Below are positions 51,139 to 63,944 of a DNA stretch of 64,000 nt, in pieces. The DNA is taken from NCBI RefSeq assembly GCF_964204645.1, contig NC_134036.1, positions 4,060,600 to 4,124,599 of the forward strand. The letters run 5' to 3'. The notes under the pieces are model-generated. The model was given only the letters and a program-made list of their open reading frames with translations. It was not told the origin of the DNA and ran no database searches. This stretch comes from Tubulanus polymorphus (taxonomy: Eukaryota; Animalia; Nemertea). Made by a program: the position numbers and the translations under genes. The stretch's first letter is position 1; each line of letters starts with the position of its first letter.

Positions 51139-53481
51139 AAACATATTTGCCCAGTCAAGTCCCACTTGCCCTATAATTTTGGCCATTTGTGAAAATCGTT
51201 TAAAACCATACTATTATGGGTTGCAGGGTGCCTCCCAGAAAAGGGTATAAATATCACACTTTCTAAATGTACATTAAAAAATTCGGGAACATATTTGATT
51301 CATGGAGCTTTTTATAGAGCCCACGTGGTGGAATAACAACTAGCTAAAAATTACCAGTTAACGATTGACGAATGCCGAGACCACGTGATAGTGTCTTTTT
51401 CTTTTCCTCTAAATTAAATTGTAGAAATTTCGGCGGTTTGAATTTTGCATCGAATTTAGAAATTCGAATTATTGAAGTTGAAATATTTCCGAGAGACGAG
51501 CACTAACTCTAAGTCTGTGCTCTGAAAATATTCCAGTCTCAGGTCGCGTGAGCTCCTTTAAATCCCTACTTTCAGTATCGACTCTACAGTCACACGCTGT
51601 TACTGGACAGAGAGTGAGAGTTCCCCTAGTGTTGGTCAATGGATGGCCACGTACGTGCGTATGGCACTCCATTGTGAGTTAGTTCATACGCACATATGCG
51701 AACGGGAAAGCCGACTCCTCTGAAAACAATGCATTTTCCAGACTGGTTGCTGGTCTTAATTTTCTTGAAAAAGGGTATATCCTCCGTGCTCGCGCGGAGA
51801 AACAATTATGTACACGAATCTTTGAGAAATAATACGCACCATTCGTAAATATCTGACAAATAGTAATATACCCACATCGCCCGCCGTGCTATATCATAAT
51901 AATCTACTAGCAATATTTTCTACAGAATATTTAAGTCATGTAAGAAACGTGCGGATGAAAATTCCAGCTTCATTTCGCGGGTATATTTGACTTTTTATTT
52001 ATTAAACAAAAATATGTATATAAGGTCGACCGAACGTCCACATCTGCCCAACGGAAGGGGATGTAAGGGGTCAAAACTTCAATCAAACTATAACTGATCA
52101 ATCGAACAAGTAGGATGGAAAATTTCCGATCCCTATTTCAAGATCAAAGACACTATTTCGAACAAACTTAGACCCAGACCCGCAATGTTGCGAGTAAGAG
52201 TTAACTCCGAATTAAAATCAGTTCATTTTCAATGCCTTAACTCTCAAAAGCCAAATCGTAACTCATAACTTAGGAACTGGATCCCGAAGCTTCTGTAGCG
52301 CCCGCAATACGATGTTGTTATACGATAATTTCTAACTATCAGTTTTGTTTCAAATATTTGGGCATACGAGGTTTTGCGGAATTACATGGAAATTTACTTT
52401 TTTCGTAACATCGTTTTCGCCATTGTTTATCAATCGGCGCACGATATACGCGCGTGAGTAGTTGTTCTAAAGCCTAAATACTCAAACGTTTCTTTCTATT
52501 ATTTTCAAATTACCAGGGAGAAAATATCGACACCTATTCATAAACTCGGTTTTTGAGTTATCTTTCGATATGACGATTATGATATACGTTTGACGATACG
52601 GTACGACGGTAAAGTGCTCCTGACGCGTTCCTTTGAAATACAACTAGAAAGTCATTGAATTGATGTTACATTATTGGACGTTACGAATATGTGGTATTGA
52701 TGAAGATGTATCGGAACTAGTCAGTCTACCTAGCAGTGAGTCGTAGGCTAGAGTAGAACATCGGTAACTAGCCGGGTACGGCGGGCTCGCTACGAGAGGC
52801 CGCTATATCCGTCTGGCGGCCTCTCGTAGGGCGCTATAGTTGCCGCTAATCGGCGATAAACCCAGTGCGTCGAGTTGCTTGTCGACATAAGTCAGCCTTA
52901 AGCCGTATCGTCCAGAAGTATATATGTTATTCGGTAAGAAATAACTGAATTGTCTTTGAAACTTGAGACGAGAAATTCTAAGTGTATATATGTACATATC
53001 CGTTATATCGTTAGAGCTATATCCGAGTTCGTTTCCTGACCATCTCACGTTCGATCAATTCGTGTAAAGACTTTCTTTGATTTTTATCGGCCGAACTCGG
53101 TTCAGAGTACTGTGGCCGATCCAAACCGTAATGATGAAGTACAGGCACAGTAGCGTTGGGATATCGGCCGCTCATTTTCATCGATAACAAGTTGCCTTCT
53201 TTTTTCGCTCGCTTCGTGCAATTCGTCAGATTAGATTACAATACAACTAAGTTCAGCAGTATACGCCAAATTGTTCCTACGATACTGTATCAATATGGAT
53301 GTATCCTTAGAGCGAATTAACTCTTCTTAGGTGTGAATCAATTCTTTTTCTTTTTGAGGGTCCTGTTTTATATAAAATAGACCCCTTCAAGTCTAATTTA
53401 CTGTATTTTGTATTTTGCATTTATGTACATTATGCTGTGAATTATCAGGTTCGAACCGTGTTATACTTCATAATATGACTT

Positions 53482-54582
53482 TTAACTAACGTATACACTT
53501 GCTAGCCTTGTCGGCCATGGTTTTGACATCACGATGGAAGTTAAAATGCTAACGGCTACTTTTCTGAACTTTGCATTAGTCGCGCAATAAACGATAAAGT
53601 TTACTGACGAATCGACGATAGAAAATCCCAACGCTATATGCGTCACACCCGTGAACTTGTGAACATACCCAAAACTGCTTAAACGATCGAAAAATCCGAA
53701 ACCTTCACAAATAATATACAACGCAATTACGGATAAAACCATTCTTAAAACCCTCATTTCCCTCCTGGACGATTCGTCGGTTACACCGAGCTTTGAACGT
53801 CGAGTGACCCGACGAAAAAATGTTGCCGAAATAAGAATTACATTGATGACGACTAAAAGACAAATCGGAATAGTGACGGTCAGATAAAAGAAAAAATATC
53901 TATCGGATATTCCATACCGCCAATAGTTAAGCCGATGACGCCAATGTAGCCAATATTGAAATGTCCTATGACGGATTGTGATGTAGGGCCAATGATCGGG
54001 ACATTTCATGAATATGATATGCTGAGGGGGTAAAAAGTGAATAAAATGGCCACAAAAGCTGAGCAGCGAAATTAGCGTCATCGCACAAACCGATATCAAC
54101 TTCTTTGGAATTTTACGAGATTTTATTGGAAACAATACGACGATTAACCGCTCTAGACTGAGCAGTACAGTGCACCAGTTACGCGTCGTCTGAAATATGT
54201 AGAAAAACGGCAAGGCCACCGAGATAAGAATTACGCCAAATCGCCATTCGTTCACGCGAAACAAAATATCGCCCAAAACGGCGTAAATATACCCAGTTCT
54301 CAGCGGATACAGAACGAACGTCGCGATCATAAACAGAAGATCGTTTACAGCTAGGACTTTGATGAGAAAATAGTTATCAGATTTGAATCGTTCAAGAACC
54401 GACAGCGTGAACGCGTTGAATACTATACCCAGCACGGACGCCGGTAGATACCAGCATAAATACGTGAAAACGCTGAATTTCAGTATCCATTGAACTGGGC
54501 GAGCTTCGAACTTCTGGCATCGGGTGAGTTTCAACACCGTCGACGCTGCATCGCTCGCTATTGTTGTTACGTTATCGGACAT
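53482..54582 (-). CDS. Intronless class A GPCR, FMRFamide/peptide-receptor-like orphan (copy 2), 366 aa
   Basis: Intact ORF, close paralog of 50056-51138, with the same 7TM motifs. Confidence 0.93.
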   Translation of the reverse strand: MSDNVTTIASDAASTVLKLTRCQKFEARPVQWILKFSVFTYLCWYLPASVLGIVFNAFTLSVLERFKSDNYFLIKVLAVNDLLFMIATFVLYPLRTGYIYAVLGDILFRVNEWRFGVILISVALPFFYIFQTTRNWCTVLLSLERLIVVLFPIKSRKIPKKLISVCAMTLISLLSFCGHFIHFLPPQHIIFMKCPDHWPYITIRHRTFQYWLHWRHRLNYWRYGISDRYFFFYLTVTIPICLLVVINVILISATFFRRVTRRSKLGVTDESSRREMRVLRMVLSVIALYIICEGFGFFDRLSSFGYVHKFTGVTHIALGFSIVDSSVNFIVYCATNAKFRKVAVSILTSIVMSKPWPTRLASVYVS

Positions 54583-55622
54583 CTCGCGAAGCTGTGCAGC
54601 GATCTCTCTGTCTATGAGGCTGTTCTCTCTAGTTTATCCGATACATCGGTTCAACCGCGGACGTATAAACGACAGCGTTTATACATCCGTGGTTTAGCTT
54701 TCCTTGAATAGAGACATCTGCGTCACCGGGCATCTCGCTAAGCTGCTCAAACGAGGCAGTTTGCATTCGCCTATCTTTCATACTTTAACGTTATAAGCCT
54801 TAATGAATGCATCAATTTAACATCCTTTGAGCGGAATGCGTGCGTGCCTTGCCAGCCATTTATCGTTTGTTCGAAAATACGCGGCTGCAAATTCTTTGGC
54901 AACACTTCAGAATTTCTAAAGAATCGTCTGCAAATGTTTGATATCGTGTTCATACCGGGAAAATGCTTTCAAACTGTTTATCTATTTTCAGCATTTTAAC
55001 TGACGTGCTATTTTAAGAATTTGTAATACTACACGATTCACGATCAACGCGCGTAGAAATCATGCATTTTTCAATGATTGTTCAGTCTTTAGTTTAGCTC
55101 GTACAGATTCATCTCTCCTCCTGTCACAGGATCTTGATCACAATCCAATCCCGTCATTTTTCGGCGCACTTTCGAGAACTTGTCGCATGGCCGCACTTCA
55201 CGTGTGTTCAGGACTTCACTCGAGACATACTTTATCGAAGTGAACTACAAATACCAGACTTTAAATATTTTATCGGCGCACTTTCGAAAACTGATCGTCC
55301 GTCCACGCTTCGCACAGCACGTTTTTTTTCGGGCATCTCCGCGAACATTTGATGAAATCGTTGTTAGATTTGGGCTGATTTCCGAAATTTCCAAATTAAC
55401 CAAGATCAATCCGCCGATCGAATGTACAAACGAATAATCTGGTTTATTTTCAGCAGTGTAAAAACCGAGAAATGACCCTGTTTTTTATTAGACATTTTTA
55501 TTAGATTTATTATGGCTAATAATGGATTACGAGATTACCAATTGTTGTGTATAGTTTCATGGAATTCGTCCATGGCTGCCTGGTCTGGCTAGCCTTAGAT
55601 AATCTTTTCGACCAACTCCCTT

Positions 55623-55811
55623 GTACGGAAGCCCGTTGGCCACGTCCTAGATAATCTTTTCGTGATTTCCACTTATTATGTCTAAATTTGAATTATCATG
55701 TCGAAATTCGAGTTAATTATGTCAAAATTATAACATAGTTAGTCGCATTTCGACATATTAAATCGAAATCATGAAAAAACTATGTTGTATGTCACCAACG
55801 GGCTTCCGTAC
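55623..55811. mobile_element. MITE with short TIRs
   Basis: GTACGGAAGCCCGTTGG and CCAACGGGCTTCCGTAC; possible TA duplication (Tc1/mariner-like). Confidence 0.65.
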
Positions 55812-55954
55812 TATAGCTATTAATTACTACTAATATCTTGAACTATACCACTGCTTATACCTAACACTGTGTTCATTCCAGGGAAATGTAATATTCAATC
55901 CGCGATTATACATGGTGGACGGACCCTATATAACGTGCGTATCTTGCATCGTCG

Positions 55955-57013
55955 TTAACAAAGCAATTTTCTTAAAATACTTACCGCAACTTTTCTAAAT
56001 TTGTCATTTGTCGCGCAATACACGATAAAATTTACCGACGAATCGACGATAGAAAATCCTAAGGCTATTTGTCTCATATTTGCAAACTTGAGAATTACTC
56101 CGAAATTATTTAAACGATCGAAAAATCCGAAACCTTCACAAATGATATACACAACAATTACGGATAAGACCATTCTTAGAACCCTCATTTCCCTCCTGGA
56201 CGATTCGTCGGTAACGCCGAGCTTTGATCGTCGAGTGACCCGACGAAAAAATGTCACCGAAATGAGAATAACATTGATGACGACTAAAAGACAAATCGGA
56301 ATCGAGACGGTCAGAAAGAAAAAAAAGAATTTTTCTGATATCAGATACCTCCATTCATCAAACGGTCCTCGCCAATTGTACCAATATTGAAATGCCTTTT
56401 GGCGGATTGTAATGTAGGGCCAATAATCGGGACATTTCATAAATATGATATGCCGTGGAGGTAAAAAGTGAATGAAATGCCCACAAAAGCTGAGCAGCAA
56501 AATAAACGCCATCGCACAAATCGATATGAACTTCATGGGAATTTTACGAGATTTCATTGGAAACGATACGACGATTAACCGCTCTAGACTGAGCAGTACA
56601 GTGCACCAGTTACGCGTCATCTGAAACATGTAGAAAAACGGCAAGGCGACCGAGATGAAAATTATACCGAAATACCATTCGTTCACGCGAAACAAAATAT
56701 CGCCCAAAACGGCGTAAATGTACGCAGTTCTCAGCGGATACAGAACGAACGTCGCGATCATAAACAGGAGATCGTTTACAGCTAGGACTTTGATGAGAAA
56801 ATAGTTATCAGATTTGAATCGTTTAAGGACCGACAGCGTGAACGCGTTGAATACTATGCCCAGCACGGACGCCGGTAGATACCAGCATAAATACGTGAAA
56901 ACGCTGACTTTCAGTATCCTTTTAACCGGGCGAGTTTCGAACTTCTGGCATCGGGTGAGTTCCAACGCCGTCGACGCTGCTTCGCTCGCTATTGTTGTAA
57001 GGTTATCGGACAT
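55955..57013 (-). CDS. Intronless class A GPCR, FMRFamide/peptide-receptor-like orphan (copy 3), 352 aa
   Basis: Intact ORF, close paralog of the other two. Its 5' flank (57014-57550) is visibly homologous to the flank of copy 2 (54583-55140), indicating a tandem duplication. Confidence 0.93.
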   Translation of the reverse strand: MSDNLTTIASEAASTALELTRCQKFETRPVKRILKVSVFTYLCWYLPASVLGIVFNAFTLSVLKRFKSDNYFLIKVLAVNDLLFMIATFVLYPLRTAYIYAVLGDILFRVNEWYFGIIFISVALPFFYMFQMTRNWCTVLLSLERLIVVSFPMKSRKIPMKFISICAMAFILLLSFCGHFIHFLPPRHIIFMKCPDYWPYITIRQKAFQYWYNWRGPFDEWRYLISEKFFFFFLTVSIPICLLVVINVILISVTFFRRVTRRSKLGVTDESSRREMRVLRMVLSVIVVYIICEGFGFFDRLNNFGVILKFANMRQIALGFSIVDSSVNFIVYCATNDKFRKVAVSILRKLLC

Positions 57014-58720
57014 CTCGCGAAGCTGTGCAGCGATCTCCGTCTACGGCGCTGTTGGTGCTCAAATTTCATTGAACGTTCAACCGCGGCCGTATAAACGACA
57101 GCGTGTATACATCCATGGTTTAGCTTTCCTTGATTAGAGAAAGCTGCCTCACCGGGCATCTCGCTTAGCTGTTGTGACGAGGCAGTTCCCATTCGTCTAT
57201 TGTTACTTGACGGTTCTAAACTTTAATGAACGCATCAATTCAACATCCATTGAATGGGTAATGTGTGTAAGCTGTTCCAGCCATTCATCGCAGCTATAGA
57301 TTATAATAAGCCCGAGTTAGGATTTCCAAAGAATCTTCTGCGAATGTTTGATATGGCGATCATGCCGCGGAAATGTATTCAACCTGTATCTTTATTCTAT
57401 GTTTCTATATTCTATATTCTGTTTTAAGAACCAGACGATTCGAGGATGAAAGCGCGTGGTAAAAATGATTACGCATTTCTCAATGACTGTTCAGTTTTAG
57501 CTCACACAAATTCATCTCCCTTACTGAGAAGTAATTTTGATCACCATTCATAATAATGAACTACAAATACATTAGACTATCAGATTTATAATTTATCAAC
57601 ACACGTTTTGAAACTGGTTGTCCACATTTCGCATGTGTTCAGTACTTCACCTGAGACATTTTCGACTGAAAATGAACTACAAACACCGGACATCAGACAT
57701 TTCATCAACACACTTTCAGAAACTGGTCGACAACAGTCCAGAACTTCACCTGAGATATTTCGAAGTGAAAATGAACTATAAACATCGGCTTCTTTGACCC
57801 GACCAAAAACCACGGACCAGGCCCGAGCCAAATTTTAGCACCGGTCGAATCATTTCGGGTGAATTGCGACAGGTTCCTGAAGTGACTCACTACGCATTGT
57901 TTACGCATTATTTAATATCGAGTGAGTAGTTTACGTGCGTGAACGCACTCTCTTTGATTTATACACGGGCCCGCTTCGATCAGGGCCTGATTCGAGCCTG
58001 TCGTCGCGGCTTTTATAGAGCGTGTCCAAGAGGATTCATCCCTCTGTACAAATCTCTCAACCCGCGCTAATGATTAGATACGCGTGTGCGTGTATATATG
58101 TTTTTCCCTGTCGCTATGAACCGTGATTATTGTCTTTTTGTCGATCAAAATTCGCACGACGTCGAAATATTACTAATTCCGGGCGCGCCAGTTCCTGTGT
58201 TCATAACTTCGTTTATTCATCACCCGCGCGCACCGGTAAATTCGATTTTCTAACCGCGGCTTCGTTCGGCGGGGGTTGATTACGGTATTCCGCGGCGCTG
58301 CGGCGGCGACGACGGCCGCCGTAAACAAAACGACCACGCCTGGTTCCCGGCTCGGCGCGGTGTATTAGTCGTTTCCGGGAAGGTAAGTCGCGCCGGGTGA
58401 ACTCGTCGTCGTCATCGACGCGGCGGTCAGCGCGCGGACGCCTCGACGAAGCGGCAGTATGCGACGAGACCCGCCCAGTAGACAGTCGACCAAAAACGCA
58501 TGAGTGCCCCGCGGCGTTCAGACGCACACACCATAATCCGTTGAAAATCGCCGGTGCCGTAATCGACTTGTCGTCGTAACTAGAAGGAACTAAACTCGCG
58601 AAGCACCGCGCGAGTCGATAGTTTGACCGACGATCATCTTACGAACAATTCCGATAGTACAACGTAATTGTTTTTTTTTTTTAACTGAGCGAAATTATTA
58701 GAATTTTATCGATCAGCGAA

Positions 58721-61700
58721 ATGGATTCGACCGAATACAGAAAACGGGGTAAGTCTAGTTATACTAAGCGCCGAACACATGTTAAGTGTGGACGATCAGT
58801 TTTTGATAGTGTGCTGATAAAACGCATAATAATGTCTGTTGTTTGTAGTTCATTTTCAATTGAAAATATCTCAGGTGAAGTTCTGAACACATGTAAAGTT
58901 TGAAAAGTCAGTTTTTGGAAGTGTGCTGATGAAAATTTGTTCATGACTCACGGTGTGATTTTTAAAAAAAGCGTATACAATTTTTAGGTACACTGAAGTA
59001 GACATAAGTACATTGTACGAGGAATATCTGGCACACTATGCATAACTGCAGGCTGTTGGCTTTATTGTTACATTTCACTGCAGGAGTTACCTAACGGCCA
59101 CACGTTTGAGATGCGGTACCATATTAACCCAAGTGACAAACAAGCGTAACTCTCTTTTATGAATTTATTTTTCTTCGTTAGCGATATAAGTTATAAATAT
59201 GATGAGAGGCCTAGGCCTTTTCTCATTACGAGTAGGAATTTTGGAGATAAAATATTGGAAGGACGAAGGGAGGGATTTATATATAATAATCTTTTTTTTC
59301 AGCTACAGGCTTAAAATTAAAGTTGAATTTGTTTTTGTGTAAATTTGTGAGGTTTCGAATCGAACTCAAACGACGAAGAAAACAACATTTTCGCAAATCA
59401 TTTCGATCGAAAAAATACGATTTTTTTCTGAAGAGTTTGATATGCATATGACGAAAACACGACGGGTTAGTAGTTTTTACACGCAAATAGACCGCGGGCT
59501 TGGTCAATCTACTACCCCTGTGAAGCTGGCTCCCGGTTCCCGGTTCCTTATTCGGCTCCCGATTCAAAAACATTTTGAATTGGGAGCCGAATCAGGAACC
59601 GGGAACCGGGAGCCGGCTACTGGTTCGGCTACCGATTCAAAATGCATTTGAATCGGGAGCCGAATAAGGAACCGGGCACCGGGAGCCAGCTTCACAGGGG
59701 TCAATCTACTAACATATTTAGGCAGGTCTGTGAAATTCGTTGTGTCTTTTTAAAGATTGAAATCGAATTTTATTTACGATGATCTCCGGTGATAGTTCGA
59801 AATGTCGTGTACATTGATGTCATGGAATCCGTGTCTCCACAACCGAGTTTGGCAAGTCTACAAAAAAAGATTATCATCTAGATAACTATATATAGATAGC
59901 TGCGATATTTTTTTGGAGGACACGTCACGGTTATTCAGTACTGAGTGTTTCATGTGGATTTTTCATTTTTTTGGGTCCTAGATAACCCTGTGAAGGTCTT
60001 CAGCATAGTTTAAAATGTGAATAATTACAAGGAGGCATTATAATTTAGTAAAAGAAAATCCATGGCAAACTGAAGTACAAAACATCATCAGTCTTTGTCG
60101 ATCATCAGCCATTTTGGAAGATATCTTTCTCTGCAATTACGTATTTGCAGCTTATGAATTAGATGAGCTTGTTTGATCGACAATGAAGACACGCGAGTGT
60201 GCAAACAAAACTACACCGGTACGGGCTGTCAATATACGCGGATAAAGAGAAACAATTACTTTATTAAAACGTCGGATTAGCGCCGCGTCCGGTGAGCTGA
60301 AAAGAGATTAGGGATGGGGCCGGCTAGCTAGCGACCTGTCGATAAAACGGCGTCGGTCACGCGAGGATCTACTCGCGACGGCGTGGCAACCCGCCAAGTT
60401 TTTTCTCCCCGTGCGCCTTCGTTAGCTCGCCGGTGACTTTAAAAAAGCATTTGACACTAACGCGTAATATACGTTATGGAATGAGATCGATAACGCGCGC
60501 GCGCGTGGTAGTAATCTATATACACGTATAATCTATATACACGACAAGCTGTTATAGTCGTTATGACGATTGCGATCTTCTAAACGCTCCGGCTTACTCT
60601 CCTTAATTAACGAAATTCATCGACAAGTAAACGCAACCCACCACAGCTAGCCCACCACATAGTGTGGCGAGCACTCTGTCTTCTACTAAGTAACATTCGT
60701 GTCGCAATTAGTGTTTGCGGATCTATATCAGCTGCTGTGAACCACCGCAACGCCGAATCTATTACAATTAGAATTTAATGTTTTTAATAGTTTAAAACTT
60801 TAAAATAGAATTGAATTAGTTGCACGTCACATGTTTATTGTGTATCTTGGAATTATCAATGTGTCTTGTAAGCCTTAATATATTCTGGTTTGTTATTATA
60901 CACGTCATGACACTTAAATGTATGCATACAATTTTATATTTTCTGTATGTTAATTTTCCTCTAATTTTCTGTTAGAATTTTCAACGAACTGAGAACTGAA
61001 TTCTAAATGAAGCTCCCGAATCCATCCGTTATCACAGGTCTCGTAAACTATTCATTCAGTTCAATCAAATTCATCGCAACCTTTTTTGTGTACTTCTAGG
61101 TCGGGAAATTGTCGACTACATCGCCGACTATCTGGAGAATATTCGCGAGCGTCGGGTGTACCCAGATGTAAAACCGGGCTATCTCAGTCAACTGTTGCCG
61201 GATAGCGCCCCGTTCGAAGGCGAATCATGGGACGCCATTTTCAGGGATTTCGATAACGCCATCATGCCCGGCGTAAGTATAGAAAAAACCCGGATGGCCT
61301 ATATATAAACCCACAACTGAAAGAAAACCGTATGCCGTCATTGAATGCCTACTTGTTATTTTGATCGATACAATGGTATTAAACAGGGCTGCTCAATGAA
61401 GTCATCAAACTTGAAAATACGGGCACGAAATAGCTATGCCGTCTAAATCCCATGACATCATCGAACTTTGCCTACTAACGATTTCACCCACATATAACCT
61501 TGGCAAATTTAAAAATGCGTAATTTTAGCAGAGTCAATCATATAGATACTATCACACTTGCTATCATTTTTGTAGAATGCTGAATTTTTTTTGCTTCCTC
61601 AGTCTTTTGATATATTTCATTTATTCGTTAAGACACTTTTTAGATTTCTTTACCATCTGACTTTATTGTGAAAAGCCGATAACGTTAACCATATATATCA

Positions 61701-63944
61701 CGCTGCAATTAAGGCAAAATTAAAATTGAAATTGAATTGGAATTGTTTCGTATTTACAGATAGCTCATTGGAAGAGTCCGCACATGCACGCCTATTTTCC
61801 GGCGTTGTCTTCGTATCCGTCGTTACTAGGCGACATGCTCGCCGACGCTGTCAATCAAATCGGTTTTACTTGGGTAAGTGCGCGCAATGGAATCATCGAA
61901 ATTCAAACTGATAGCGAACTAAAACTGACTTTCTGTAGAATTCTGATCGAAAACTTTCTTATTTACAGGCGTCGAGCCCGGCTTGCACCGAACTGGAAAC
62001 GATCGTTATGGATTGGTTGGGAAAGATGATCGGCTTACCGAGCGATTTCTTGCACGTCAATCAAGAGACGATGGGAGGCGGGGTTATCATGGTGCGTACG
62101 CAGTTTGTTGTTAACTGTACTTGTTTACAATGATGATTCCAGGTCAGACTATGCGCAGTTTCCTACTAACGCCATTCGTTCATTGTATGAAGAAAGAAAT
62201 CTGATGGCAGTAAGTGAATTTGAGAAGAAATACAGCAGTGATGCCGATGTCCTATCGCACGCTAGCAAACCTGGTGGATCCTCACTTGCCACAGTAAGAT
62301 GGTAATATCTAACTAAACGCTAGCACACCTGGTGGATCCTCTCTTGCCACAGTTGGATGGTGATATCTAACCAAACGCTAGCACACCTGGTGGATCCTCA
62401 CTTGCCACAGTAAGGTGGTGATATCTTACCAAACGCTAGCACATCTGGTGGATCCTCACTTGCCACAGTAAGATGGTAATGTCTTACCAAACGCTAGCAC
62501 ACCTGGTGGATCCTCACTTGCCACAGGAAAATGGTGACCTCACTTGCTTAACTTCGTCATGTCCTACCACACACTAGTGACACCTGGTGGAAACTCATTT
62601 GCCACAGGTGGGGTCCACAGTAGCGAATTTTCTAATTGACATTGTTATCATTTTCTTTCAACGCATTCTCAAAAAGACGACCGCCAGCGAATCGACGTAC
62701 ACGTGTATGCTCGCGGCCCGGACCGATGCCATTCGCCGGCACCGCTATGCTGATCCGGACGACGACTCGACCGACTCGATACTCAACGACCGACTGGTCG
62801 GGTACTGTTCCGAGCAAGCGCACTCGTCCGTCGAGAAATGTGGCATCATAGGTACGTAAGCAATCGAGGGTAGGGGAGGCAAGTGCGTGGGTATTCAGGC
62901 CCGTGCCGAGCTTTTTCAAGGGGCAGTTCTATTTCAAGGAAAAAAGGCACTTTCTCGTTGTAAAAAGGAGCATTTTCTTATTGAAAAAGGGCAGATCATA
63001 AATATGAAGTGCCCGCGTACCCGAATAAATCATTTTTCATTTTACAAAAAGATACACGAAAATTGTATCCAGCTTTAAAAAAATCTTTACCCAATTTTTT
63101 GACAATTGCTTTTTGAAGGGCACTACCCCCGAACCCCTTCTCGGCAGGGCATGATATTTCTAGAAAGATCCTTTGCACCTAGGAAACTTCATGAGTAAGA
63201 CTTAAACTTAAGCTGGGAAACCCGATGACGTATGAAGGCCGTTTCGTATGAATTCTCTTACTATTTAGGAGGGTTTTGAACGTATCCCGGTTTAGGAATA
63301 GCGATTCCGGATCACAAACTCTCTACCGGCCGCTTCTATCAGACTCATTTCGGAATGGGTAGATTGTATTCTGGTCGAAACCAGCGCACCAGCAGATTAT
63401 TCCTGAATCGGTAGAGACCGGTCGAAACCCACGTATGGTTTATTGAGTCGAGGTTATGCGTATCTTAACTACCGAAATCTCCGTGCTTGCCATTTCCAGG
63501 ATTGGTGCGCATGCGCCTACTGCCGACCGACGAAAAGTTGGCCTTACGAGGTAAAACGCTGCGAGAAGCGATTATCAGCGACAGAGAAGAGGGCCTCATT
63601 CCGTTCTTTGTAAGTATAAGAATCTAACGCGACAACAACGTCATATTAGAAATAAAAAATCACTTGACTTAAGATAATGGGGAACTTGAAGAACGCGCGA
63701 TTTAAACCTTATAGTCTCGACGAAATAACGAAGAAATTGATGCACGGACAACCGATGACTTACACTTCTAGCCAACCTCCATTGCCACTGTTGATCGAAT
63801 TTCTCAAACGCAACAGTAGTCGAAGTAGTAAGACGTTTGCTTCAACGATCTTTCTATTTTTCTTTCGTTTTGGGTAGGTTTGTGCCACGTTAGGAACAAC
63901 GGGCGCCTGCGCTTTCGACAATCTAAAGGAATTGGGTCCGATAT
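58721..63944 (+). CDS. HDC: Histidine decarboxylase-like PLP-dependent group II decarboxylase, 5' part; continues off the right edge
   Basis: In-frame exons: 58721-58748 ([10 protein letters not shown]), 61100-61272 ([28 protein letters not shown]...IMPG), 61760-61873 ([38 protein letters not shown]), 61969-62091 ([10 protein letters not shown]...GGGVIM), 62677-62851 (TTASES...QAHSSVEK), 63500-63609 and 63878-63944 ([22 protein letters not shown]). SPHMHAY.PAL, DMLADA.N and [14 protein letters not shown] match the HDC branch rather than DDC or TDC. The PLP lysine lies beyond the window. Confidence 0.88.
59514..59701. mobile_element. Foldback MITE with a 9-bp target site duplication (Mutator-like), in HDC intron 1
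   Basis: Long TIRs ACCCCTGTGAAGCTGGCTCCCGG and CCGGGAGCCAGCTTCACAGGGGT. The direct repeat CAATCTACT flanks it at 59505-59513 and 59702-59710. Confidence 0.85.
62255..62610. repeat. ~58-bp minisatellite in HDC intron 4
   Basis: Unit ACGCTAGCACACCTGGTGGATCCTCACTTGCCACAGTAAGATGGTAATATCT.ACCAA, about 6 copies. A single relative lies near 22490-22575. Confidence 0.9.

Noticed and set aside
56001-56390. Plus-strand ORFs overlapping the GPCRs (also 50742-51011 minus and 56814-57137)
   Set aside because: Antisense shadows of the GPCR coding sequences.
58213-58579. Arg-rich ORFs on both strands
   Set aside because: CpG/GC-rich promoter or 5' UTR region directly upstream of the HDC start, where low stop frequency explains the ORFs.
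47737-63944. Idea that the HDC gene and the adjacent GPCRs form a histamine synthesis-receptor module
   Set aside because: The GPCRs lack the TM3 aspartate of aminergic receptors and resemble peptide receptors; adjacency alone is not evidence in an animal genome.
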